Positions 34,543 to 45,315 of a DNA stretch of 64,000 nt are shown piece by piece; within the stretch, counting starts at the first letter, position 1; the number at the start of each line of letters is the position of its first letter. The notes beneath the pieces were generated by a model. That model saw only the letters and a program-made list of their open reading frames with translations, was not told where the DNA came from and searched no databases. Origin of the DNA: Zancudomyces culisetae HAW-14-8 (taxonomy: Eukaryota > Fungi > Kickxellomycota). Made by a program: the position numbers and the translations under genes. The stretch lies in contig JBNJNM010000010.1 of assembly GCA_052426225.1 (NCBI GenBank), forward strand, positions 310,001-374,000, in the 5' to 3' direction.

Positions 34543-37135
34543 ACTCTTTTGCGTGAACCAACACCTGGTAGGTATGGTATGGAGTTTAGAGAAATGCAGT
34601 GGAATTAGTTATAATGGATGTTGTGTAGTATTTTTTCTAGTTTTATGTAGTATTTATTAATAATATATTCGAGCAGAAAGAAAAAAACAATTCAACTATT
34701 GAAGTTGACCCCCTTCCACCTGTTCTATCATATCCATTTTTGTAGTATTGTATCTATTGATATGTTAAAAATACTACATAATCGATGCAACCATAGTATT
34801 GATTTGCGTTTATTGGTGTTATCCAATGTAGGTTGATTAAATCACAGTGTGTATTTAAAAATATAATTTCACAGTTTAAGAATATATTACTTCACATTTT
34901 TGTGTGGGTTAAGAAAGTGAAGTGGCGGCGGGAGGAGAGTTAGAAAAAAAGGTTCATATTTTATTTATCTTCTTGAAACGTAAACCCAAATTCAACGCCT
35001 AAACCAAGAAAAACACGGAATTAGGGAAAGTTTATAAATAGGTTTAAAAAGCAAGCGAGTAAAAAGGAAAATCTAGGGATATGCAGAAATATTGATGAGA
35101 AGGACTCAAGTTACGTTACAAAAAAGAAAGCTAAAGCAGATCTTTTTTTTATGATTACCACCAATTCTATCATTTTATATTTGTTTAAATCGTTACAATA
35201 GATGGGTATACTTAATTAATCATCGGATGTGGAATCAAGGTTAATAAACAACCTAAACACTTTTGGATGCGTAATAATGTGTTGTAGTAACACTGTATCA
35301 ACATTACACTAACAATAATAAAAACGGAAAAAATATAAAATAACAAATCGTTTCAATGCTTATGAACCACAAATACCTTGAATATATAAACATGTCCTTA
35401 TGTTGGGGAAGAGGTGGAGGTGGGGATATGTAGAATATGTATATGTACCTTGGAATTTATTGGTGTGATTGTATATCAACATCAGGATGTGACAAATATG
35501 ACGTGGGGTTTGTTTTTAAACGGCTTAGTTAATTAATCAACTACCAGCAATCGGAGCTGGTATAGTTTTGGGGAAGATCCAATTCATACACTTGTGATTG
35601 TACACATATAGAAATATTCGCTGGGTTTCAATTTCTTTTTTATTTTCAAATGTTCTTTGTTTAGTAGCTAGCGTAAGCATGTTGTACAAATCCACACCAG
35701 CATACTTGTAAAACGAATAAGAAAAAAAGGTTAACAGCGTTCACATTTTAAACTTGTTACATATTTTTATAACAAGAAATGTAAATGTAAACGAAAAATC
35801 CCCATTGTATCATTTCTTTTGACTTGTAACTTTTTAAGTAATATAACAATTCTGCGTTTTGAAAAGATGGTACTTATAAATACTATTAGATAAATATGGC
35901 CAATCAGTATTATAAGGATCAAAAAAAAAATAAGGATGAAAAGCCTGCTCTTTTCTTTCTCATTTGACTGGAAATACACAATGCTGAAATGCTAAATCAA
36001 AGATCTGTTGGTTTAGTTGAATACTTATAGGAGCTAAACTGGTCAACGCTACTTTACTAAACGGCAGTAAAATAGTCAATTAGAAAAAAGCAAAAGAGGA
36101 AATGACAATAAACAGGAAATCTAAAGCCTATTAAAACGATAAGGTTAATGAATGTAACATTTCAGAAAATGCGCAGTCTAGTGCTTACGCAACTGACCGA
36201 AATAACTCACCTAATACTGGTAAGAAGATAGAGTAACGCCTACAATATTTTTCTAGTAAAAGTGGATTGTGGTTTTCCATACTTTTCAATTGTGTAGACT
36301 ATTTTTTTTTTACCTTTGCTTTGGTATTTCAAATTATGTATGAACTTATAAACTAAAAAAAAAATCAAAAAAGCATTACAAATAAACATAAATCCAGTAA
36401 CATTGGAAGGTAAGACAAGCACTATGGGTTTCAAATCAAAGTAACAAGGATTTGAAGGAGGGACAAAGGTCATTACATATTTTTTGTTTGTAAATTGCAC
36501 AATTCTACTTCTTACCTTCTTCTCCGTCTCCGTCTTCACCTTTTTCTCCAGCTATATTCAACTCTTTCTGGCTTCTTTTGACTATTACATGCGTTTATTT
36601 ATTTTTATTGTTACATTTATTATTTTTTTATGATTGTTTATTTTTCAAGGTATTTTTAAACAATTGGTTGAAATTTTGGAGCAAATAATAGATTAGGAAG
36701 GCATGAAAATCAAAAAAATAATGTAAACAAACCAAAAGCTGATTATTACGTTAAAAAAGAGATTTAAGCTATTTAGAAATATAGGTGTGGTCAGTAGACG
36801 CAAAGATTTTAATTGAAATGTTTACAATCCAAATCCCTAAAAAAAAAAAAAAAAAACTAAAAACTAAAAAAAGCCTAGTAGCCCAACACATTAAATAAAT
36901 AAATCTTATAGAAAATTGTGTATTTTAGAACCAGTCGGAAGAGTTGAAGCTGAAATACAACCCTGCTTATATAAGCTAGGTTTACCTAAGATGTATATTT
37001 AGCCCGACGGTTATAAAAGAGAAAAATAAATAGCCGGTTGAAGAAATAAATTTCAATAGAGCTAAAAGATTAAATATCAAGTGATAAGAAATACCAGTAT
37101 ATAAAAAGAAGGTGAGAGGACAATAATAGACGGCC

Positions 37136-40100
37136 ATGGGAAAATTTAACAATACCATAGCTCGGGTTTTCGAATCAGCAAAAGCGAGAAAGAATACAAG
37201 AAAAGGGAAAAAACAAACAGACCAAATACCCGAAGAACCAGCAGTAGAAGAAAATGTAAATAAGTCCGATAAGCTAGCAGAAAAGAAAATAGAACAACAG
37301 GTTGAAGAGCGAAACTCAAGCAGTATCAGAGTAGAGCCTGCACTGGATGTAATTTTGGAAAAGGAAACTCAAGAGAAACTTAGCAAAGCATCAGTAAGTG
37401 AACGCAAAAGCAAGGAGTACACAACCGATTTAAATATAAGCATAAACGATTCAGTACTCAACGAAATGATTGGGCTACAAAGCGAGGAGGAGCTCATAAA
37501 GCAATTGGAGAATGTGTCAGAGAAAATTGTAACAGCAAATCTAGATAATGTAGAGGATGATACGTTTCAAATCAACATGGACAGTGGTGAGACAGATGAA
37601 ATTGCGATATTTAGGAGGAGTGTGATGAGTGGGATATTTAGCCCACTATTAATTGAGCGAATGTTTAAAGATTCCAAAAAATCTGGCAGTCATTCAAATG
37701 ATAAACGCGAGTCTTCAACATCGCAGGATAGTGCAGGAAGTAATAGGAAAATGGTAGACAAAAATAAAAATAAAAATAAGGACCGAGAAAACAGTACAGA
37801 GGTAGGAAAGAATGAAGAAGACTCTATAAATCGACTTTTATGGGGGAAGGAAGCAGAAAAAATAAATGCAGATAAACAGAGGGAGCAATATGGGAAGCAG
37901 GAGTATGAAGATAGCATAGGCGGAAGTATAATTAGTAAAGAGAGAAGTATCAATCCCAGACCAGATAGTGCTAAAGGCTATATAGACTCACCAGAAAACA
38001 GCCCGTTAGAGAATGTTTTGAGAAAGAACATCCTGAAAAAGGCGAAACAAGAAGCGTCAAGCAAGCATGGTACAGGAAGGATAGAGAGTAATGCATCCAA
38101 AGTAACCAATAACAGGGTTTCATTTGTGGACACAGTAAAGAGTGGAAGTAAGGTGGATGAATTAAGGCTATTGAGTACCAAAGGATCAATCATCTCAGTC
38201 AGTAGCTTCGAGGCCAAAAAAAATAAAAGTTATAGATTCCGGCAGGAAAATAATGAAAGTGGTAATAATAGGCTGAGGGATCTTAAGAAGAAAAGCATGC
38301 CTGTTGGTATATATAGCTCTTATACGAGCGGTAGGCCCGGTATACGGGTAGTTTCGACGGCAACCGTATCAGGCACGCCAGCTATGCGTAGTGCCCGGAG
38401 TGGTACCAAAAGTAGAGAGAGAAATGAAAGCAAGAATATGGAGTCATCAGGTCTTTATAGAAAGAAGAGTAATTTGTCAGCACTTACAAGCCTCGAGCGA
38501 AGCAAAATGGATGAGGAAAGTTTTATACACAAAAATATGAGTTTGGCCAGGGGAAAAGCAATGTTGACATATGATAGCGACAGCAATTATACCAACTATT
38601 ATAGTGATGAGGAGATCTCAATCGAATCCAAGATTACAGAGGAGATGCAAGGTTTGAGGATGTTTGGCAGAGAGGGGATAGAAATAGACCTAAGTGCTGG
38701 TGGAAAGAAAGTCACAGATTTGTCACAGACTGATGGATCCAGTATAGCGAGTAAAAAATCAACTGCACCACTGCTTATAACACCAGGTGATTTCAACGAG
38801 CCACTCCCGGATAGAGTAGGAAACATGATTCTTGATAAAAAGCGGAAACAGTGGGTGAATGTCAACGAGTATATCCCAGTAGAGGAAGATAGCGATGGGA
38901 ATACTAGACAGTTACAAAGCAGATACAAGGCTTATTCACGAAGTAGCACAGGAGTAGATAGGGGAGGTGCAAGGTCAGTATATAACAATAATAGTGGTGG
39001 CGAAAGTAGTGCACCAATGCTGTTCGGCCCGGAAAGTCATAGACGAGGCACTATCCATACAAGCAACAGCTACAGCAAGATGAATAAGGATTCTGATATT
39101 AAGGGTTATATCGCCAGCGTCAGTGAAGAGTATTTTTATAACGCATTGAATAAAAAGACAATGTTGGCAACTATTAGCGATGCAGGATTTGAGGAACGCA
39201 AATCATCCGAGTCTGAAAAACGGAGAAATAAGTCGTTTGCCGGTGAAATTGATAGTCTTCGAAAAATCATCATGACTGACAACAATCTGATGCATCTAAA
39301 TAACAAATACTTTGCAGATACCATTGAGCGAGGGCTCGGAAGGCAAGAGACAAAGCGACCTCCCAAGATAAATTTCACGATAGATACAAACTACAACGAA
39401 CAGCAAGGCAGGGATGGAGCACAAGAGCTCGAAGACACGTTATTTTCCAAAATCAGAAGCCGAAATATCGCGGGAGAACATCTTACAATCCTCAACCTTA
39501 GTGGTTGTGGGCTGCGGAGCCTAGTTGGACTGTCGAAGCATCAGCCTATGCTTGAATATCTCAACATTCAAAATAATAAAATATCAAGCGTGGAGGGAAT
39601 TCCTGAGGATCTTGTCAACCTAGAGGCCAAAAACAACTGGATATCGTTTAATGATGGTAAAAAGTTTAGGCTTAGAGACAAGCTACCACATTTGGAGGTA
39701 GTTGATATGAGCAACAATCAGGTCAGCGATATTGGTGTGTTTTCGGGGTTGTTGCACCTCCGGGTGCTGATTATTGACAAGAATCAAATCTCGACATTGA
39801 GCCCACTAGGACGGTGTACGCGGCTGCGGAAATTGTCTCTTGCAGGTAACTTTGTGACACAGTTCGACTTGGACTTGCGCGAAAAGATGCCGCGGCTGGA
39901 GGAGCTTGATCTCAGCAATAATAGGATTGAGAGTTTAGAGGCATTTACCCGCTTCAGTTCGATCAAAGTGCTGAACCTCGAGGCAAATGATATCCGAAAT
40001 ATTGGCGGAACCATTCTGACAATGCCTAAGCTGACTGCACTGAATCTGGCTAATAACCCCAAACTCTTTTCCTCCCGCAGTGAAGCACTTGAAGCTTTAA

Positions 40101-41458
40101 TTCGCCCTGAAATATTTCCGGCTCTCAAGACGCTAAGAGTCGATGGTTGTCTTCTTAAAACTGCTCGTAGTGCCATTCCTAAGCTGCAAAAACTGCTTAT
40201 CCGGGGTAACCTCAAGACACTCGATAAACCGCTGGAGATTTATCTAGATAATACCAGCCTCTTTTCTTTGAAGCAGTTGGTAATAAGTAATCGAATGTTA
40301 TCCATAGTAGACTCCATGGTTAATAATAGTGGTTGGTGCATGGCAAGTCTTACCCGATTAGAACTAACATTTTGTGGGTTAACCTCCCTTCCCAGTAACT
40401 TTAGCCAGCTTTTTGCAAATTTAGAGCTTTTAGATCTTAGCGGAAATACTGACTTGCACGAATTACCAATGGGTCTGGTAAACCTTCATAGACTTAAGGT
40501 TCTCAGGTGCCAATATACTGCTATTGGCTGTAGAGACACTTTGCCAGCACATAAGCACTCAAAAGGCTCGCTAAACTCTGTGTATACCACAGATCTACAC
40601 AAATCCGCTGATGATTCGTTTGTCAGCGACTCTTCCAGAATTTCGCAGCATCAATTATGGCCACAGCTTCTTTCTAAAAAAATTTTATCCAACATGAAAA
40701 ACCTGGTAGAACTGGATTTCCGTGGCTGTCCACTTACACAACTTATTTACTCATCCAAGGATCCCACTCCCTTTACACATTTTCTTAATCTTATCAGTCG
40801 TCCGTCCATGGCAGCCACAAGTTTACTGAAGAAAAACAACCAGCTAAATCTCCTAAACTCATACTCAATCAAACCTCTAAGTCGTACTCATATCTCTGAG
40901 TTTGATCTTGATCTGCTCTGCCAAATCGAATCGCTGTTCGTTTGCAGACAATCTGTACTCGATTCATTGCTTTCATCTCCTGATCTTCAAATTCTTACCC
41001 CTTCCGTATCCTCCTTCTCTCCATCTCAACTGCCTGCTCCTTCCCCCTTATCTGATTATCATGGTGACGTTGCCAAAAACCGTCACTTTAGCAACTCTTA
41101 CTCCGTTTATTCCGCATATTCCCAATCTCCTATATCCCCTCCTTCCTCCATTGCATCGGTTTCCTCATCTTTTTCCTCCACATCCTCTCTAAACAATTTC
41201 TATACAAAACCACAACTGTCTTCCATAGCGAATGACAAAGAACCTATTCCACCAACTCCCTCTCTATATCCCTACCCTTCTAAATCCTCGTCTTACGAAC
41301 TGGATTCGTTTTACGCTCTTGATCGATCACATTGTCTATTACTGGAAAAATCTACACTGGGTTCCAATCTTTTATTCTACCGCGATTTCTATCGCATTAA
41401 TGTCAAGAACATCCTGCCAAATCTGAAGTTTTTGGATGGTTTACCGACTTCAGTCTAG
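37136..41458 (+). CDS. Septation-initiation/mitotic-exit scaffold Cdc11/Nud1-like leucine-rich-repeat protein
   Basis: Long disordered N-terminus, motif LPDRVGNMILDKKRKQWV, SDS22-like LRR array, and an LRR-cap C-terminus YR..V...LPNLKFLDG. Confidence 0.75.
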   Translation: MGKFNNTIARVFESAKARKNTRKGKKQTDQIPEEPAVEENVNKSDKLAEKKIEQQVEERNSSSIRVEPALDVILEKETQEKLSKASVSERKSKEYTTDLNISINDSVLNEMIGLQSEEELIKQLENVSEKIVTANLDNVEDDTFQINMDSGETDEIAIFRRSVMSGIFSPLLIERMFKDSKKSGSHSNDKRESSTSQDSAGSNRKMVDKNKNKNKDRENSTEVGKNEEDSINRLLWGKEAEKINADKQREQYGKQEYEDSIGGSIISKERSINPRPDSAKGYIDSPENSPLENVLRKNILKKAKQEASSKHGTGRIESNASKVTNNRVSFVDTVKSGSKVDELRLLSTKGSIISVSSFEAKKNKSYRFRQENNESGNNRLRDLKKKSMPVGIYSSYTSGRPGIRVVSTATVSGTPAMRSARSGTKSRERNESKNMESSGLYRKKSNLSALTSLERSKMDEESFIHKNMSLARGKAMLTYDSDSNYTNYYSDEEISIESKITEEMQGLRMFGREGIEIDLSAGGKKVTDLSQTDGSSIASKKSTAPLLITPGDFNEPLPDRVGNMILDKKRKQWVNVNEYIPVEEDSDGNTRQLQSRYKAYSRSSTGVDRGGARSVYNNNSGGESSAPMLFGPESHRRGTIHTSNSYSKMNKDSDIKGYIASVSEEYFYNALNKKTMLATISDAGFEERKSSESEKRRNKSFAGEIDSLRKIIMTDNNLMHLNNKYFADTIERGLGRQETKRPPKINFTIDTNYNEQQGRDGAQELEDTLFSKIRSRNIAGEHLTILNLSGCGLRSLVGLSKHQPMLEYLNIQNNKISSVEGIPEDLVNLEAKNNWISFNDGKKFRLRDKLPHLEVVDMSNNQVSDIGVFSGLLHLRVLIIDKNQISTLSPLGRCTRLRKLSLAGNFVTQFDLDLREKMPRLEELDLSNNRIESLEAFTRFSSIKVLNLEANDIRNIGGTILTMPKLTALNLANNPKLFSSRSEALEALIRPEIFPALKTLRVDGCLLKTARSAIPKLQKLLIRGNLKTLDKPLEIYLDNTSLFSLKQLVISNRMLSIVDSMVNNSGWCMASLTRLELTFCGLTSLPSNFSQLFANLELLDLSGNTDLHELPMGLVNLHRLKVLRCQYTAIGCRDTLPAHKHSKGSLNSVYTTDLHKSADDSFVSDSSRISQHQLWPQLLSKKILSNMKNLVELDFRGCPLTQLIYSSKDPTPFTHFLNLISRPSMAATSLLKKNNQLNLLNSYSIKPLSRTHISEFDLDLLCQIESLFVCRQSVLDSLLSSPDLQILTPSVSSFSPSQLPAPSPLSDYHGDVAKNRHFSNSYSVYSAYSQSPISPPSSIASVSSSFSSTSSLNNFYTKPQLSSIANDKEPIPPTPSLYPYPSKSSSYELDSFYALDRSHCLLLEKSTLGSNLLFYRDFYRINVKNILPNLKFLDGLPTSV

Positions 41459-41948
41459 AACATTACCCCTTCACACGTCACTACTTCTTCCCTCCCACAC
41501 CCCACACCCTTCCCCTTAATTTTCCATATTGTCCATTTGAGTATTTCGATTGATTAATTTTTTATTTGTCGCCTTTGTTACTGATATATACCCAGTTATT
41601 TAATAGTTAATACTTTTCCCATCTCTTTTAATCTTCATCTTGAAAATTAAATTGAAACTTTGTAATTGACATACCAAGGTTACACTTTGGTTACATCATA
41701 ATAACACTCGCCACTTCAATCTCAATAACATTTCTTCTCCTCCCCCCTCACTCACCCACTGGTCAACCACATGTAGTTACTGTACCTTATAAAATAGGAG
41801 ATATGTGATTAAGCCGTAAATTGCAGGCTCTATTGTATTTAATTAAATCTAATATTAACAACTCAAGATAAGCGCAAAAGTAAAATAACTAACAAATGTA
41901 GTGTGGTGTAGTGACGTGTAGTAAAGAAAGAAAGTGTGTATTGTACAA

Positions 41949-42470
41949 CTATTTATAATCATAAAACAAATGTTCTGGTAAACCTTGATCGCCAGGCTTG
42001 AAGTTGTGGTTTTGCGATTCGAAATTACTGGCTGTGTCAATAATTTCAAATTTGTCCAAAAATTTGGAATATATACTCGGATTATTAAAGTTCTTGTTTT
42101 TTTCCAAATTCTCATTATAATGTAAATTCTGGGAATGTTTTAACATTATCCAGTGATCGAACTTTCGTTGCAACGCTTCGTCACAACAGCTGTTATTATT
42201 ATCATTTATAAACTGTTCAATTTCATGGTCGGTTAACTTGTACTTGAGTCTTAGATACCCATATATCCCAATATCCTCTTTTATTAATGTATCACCACCA
42301 TCCATCTGAATACCATTCTGATTATTCGTAGTCTGCTCTTCTTCTTTAAAGCTCGGATCCTCCTTTTGTTCAAGTTTCACCTCATTACTGTCACAACCTA
42401 CTTGCTCCCCCTCGCTTAATTCCGATGAATCGCTGTACTGTAGCAAATTATCTAGTATATTCTCACTCAT
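41949..42470 (-). CDS. HCNGP/SAP30-binding-protein-like
   Basis: N-terminal LLQYSDSS, then KFDHWIMLK...HYNENLEKNKNFNNPSIYSKFLDKFEI..ASNF. ATG at 42470. Confidence 0.8.
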   Translation of the reverse strand: MSENILDNLLQYSDSSELSEGEQVGCDSNEVKLEQKEDPSFKEEEQTTNNQNGIQMDGGDTLIKEDIGIYGYLRLKYKLTDHEIEQFINDNNNSCCDEALQRKFDHWIMLKHSQNLHYNENLEKNKNFNNPSIYSKFLDKFEIIDTASNFESQNHNFKPGDQGLPEHLFYDYK

Positions 42471-43055
42471 TTCCTTTTTCACACACCCTTATTTCCTGCT
42501 TTTACTCATTTCTCTTGTTTTTTTTTTCTTCTCGATTTCGCTTTTGCCTTTGCTTTTGTTTTTGTTTTTGTTTTTGTGAGCTTTTATTATTATTACAAAA
42601 CGAGTTTACTAATATTTTTATAAAAAAAAACTACCCATAAATTATAAAAATGTTTTAGTTGATTCCCCCCAAAACCAACCAAAACCTAGGCAAAAAAAAA
42701 AAGATGGTTATTATTCAGTTTTATCAATACTTGCCATACATACCACCCTTTTTTTTGTTTGGAAGGCATATAGTGTGATACATGATTCTTATACTTTACC
42801 CCTTGAATTCAAACAGTTCAAGATTCACTATTTACTTTCTCATGGCTACCAAGCTACTGTAATTTACTCGTTTATTTACAGATAATCGTAATTGATCAAT
42901 TGTAAAAAAAAAAGGATATACAAATATATAAACACATAAACGTATAAACATATTAAATTTGTCATTCTTTGCTACTGGATAAAATATGAATTTTGATAGC
43001 AGTATGAACCACTTCATACGCCGTGCAAATCTATACGCTTGGTCGTTCATAGATT

Positions 43056-43529
43056 TTAAACTTGAACGTTGTTGATGAATTGCATAAAGTGATCAGCCAG
43101 TTGCTTCACCTGCTCAGGTTCAAGCGGCGCTTTATTTCCAGGCTGTTGCAACCGACGAACTATATCTCTATTGATTTGTTTAAGATAGCTGGCAAGGTAT
43201 AAATTGCACCCCATTACCATTACAAGTAGCAACAGCAGAGTTCCAGCAATAATTAAATAAAAAGACCTTGTCCAAACGTCAAGTTTCCGCAGTAGATAGT
43301 ATACAAGCGAAAACACAGAAATGACCAATATTAGCTCGATTATAAAGTCCAATGTTCTGGGTGAATACCCATCAAGTATTTCAACCCCTGATGGATAGAT
43401 TAGTCTCAGAAAATGCCCAATGTAGCTTACGAACGGACTTACTCGTTCTTCGAACTGTTCAAACAATTTGTTTACATGTGTAAAGTAGTCCAAAGCCAGT
43501 GTTGCTTGTTTAAGGTCGATTTTTTCCAT
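43056..43529 (-). CDS. Hypothetical small protein with two TM helices
   Basis: 157-aa ATG ORF with two hydrophobic segments; no family recognised. Confidence 0.6.
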   Translation of the reverse strand: MEKIDLKQATLALDYFTHVNKLFEQFEERVSPFVSYIGHFLRLIYPSGVEILDGYSPRTLDFIIELILVISVFSLVYYLLRKLDVWTRSFYLIIAGTLLLLLVMVMGCNLYLASYLKQINRDIVRRLQQPGNKAPLEPEQVKQLADHFMQFINNVQV

Positions 43530-45315
43530 ATTGATTTTATTCGGTTGTGATATTATCGCTTTTGTCGGTATCTGTTTTTCTGATATTTCCAGTAACTTGT
43601 TAGATGAAGGTAATAAATATCTTTGTTTTGTTTATTGACAGACCAAGGTGTTGATGTGAGTTTTATTTTAGTCGTAGAACGTGTTTTCTCTACTTTAGAG
43701 ATTCTTTACACTAGATATTTAAAGATAATGGGCTCAGTTTATAAAAATTTAAAGCTGTTAAGTTAAAGAAAAGCGAGATCCATTGCATTGAATAAAACAA
43801 TATGCGGATATGCGGCTTTATTTGATTTGCATTTGAGATTGCATTTTGTACAATTACAAAATGTTAAATTCTGTTCTATTTCTGCTATGAACGATTAGCT
43901 TTAGCAAGGCTGTAAATGCGTATTTTTAGAAATAGTCACGCATATCGGAATTTGATCAAGTACCCAATATCCATTTTGATAATTCTAAGTACATATTGAT
44001 TGGACATTTAATTTGCTATGTGAATTTTATAAAACCATGGTTTTGTTTCTATAATTAACACTGCTCAAAGTAGTGATACGGAAAATGTCTGAATTCTCCG
44101 GCTCGTGGAATGGCGAACCCAATCAATAATAATAATTGTGTAGCATAAAAGAGAAAGGCATTAACTGAGAATTAAACATACATCACTGTGGTTTTGTACT
44201 ATCTTCATGTTTTGCCCTTTGCTTCTTTTCTGGAACTACGACTGATATCTGTGGTTCCAACGACATTAGATGTACAGTTTAGACAGAAGATCAAGAGGCA
44301 ATCTTGAGGTAGTGAAATGATGAAAAGCATCAAAAAAAACACACGAGGTATTTACGTAAGTTTAATATACTTGATAATGAGAGTCGCATGATAGATAGTG
44401 TGCTGAAAGATATTGTTCCTCTAGTTGTTTATTGTTTGGAATGAAGTGGTGTAATACCCAAAACGTAGATCTCTCTTTCAGTGAAATACTACAGAGTAAT
44501 CCGAATAACCTGAGCGACCTGAATGAAATAAATACCTCATTTTATTAGCTATTCTCGCTACTCAACCATCAGCCCCGAATTACTGGGCGAAGGGGAGCTA
44601 ACGCGCGTCTTCTCTAACTGTAAACCTACAAAGCACATAATTAGTCGATTGTGACGATTCCAACTAAACCCAGCTGTGCGTACGATCCACACAACTGTCG
44701 TATAATGAGTTTCCTGTTATTGTGCTTGCAGCTCTTTCACCTTCAAGCTCTTAGGTGCTTAGAGTTATTATTATCTATTAATATTCTTTCCTGTTGCAAG
44801 GTAAACCTGTGAAGTCTAGATCACTTTTTTCACATGCGAAAATACTAAGTATGTTTTGTTTTGCTTTTTCGCCATTTTGTCTGGTTTTCAACTATTTCAT
44901 GTTTTTTCTTGTTCGCAATAGCTATTAAAACTGTCTGAAAACGTGATAAAGAAAATTGAGCGAAAATAAATATTTTGCAGGAAAATATTAAACATATTTG
45001 AAAACTTGAGGGGGGAGAGAGAGGCGAGGGTAATTTTGGCAATGATTCTAGCGAATTAAAATCGAGAAATCTTTGAATTCCGCAAATAAAAAAAGTAAAA
45101 CCTACTTCAAACACACCACACTTTAGCAGAAATAAAACGCATTGTTCAGGACATAACTTTACACAGTATCCAACAGCTTCAGAAAGAAAAAAGTGAAACG
45201 AGATACCCGTATTTTTTTAGACCCTTAGGCCTAGCCAAAGTTAGCGAAAAATGCAATAGACTAAAGAATTTGAAAATCAAAAGTGCGTTACGTATTTTTA
45301 TAGCACATACACAGG

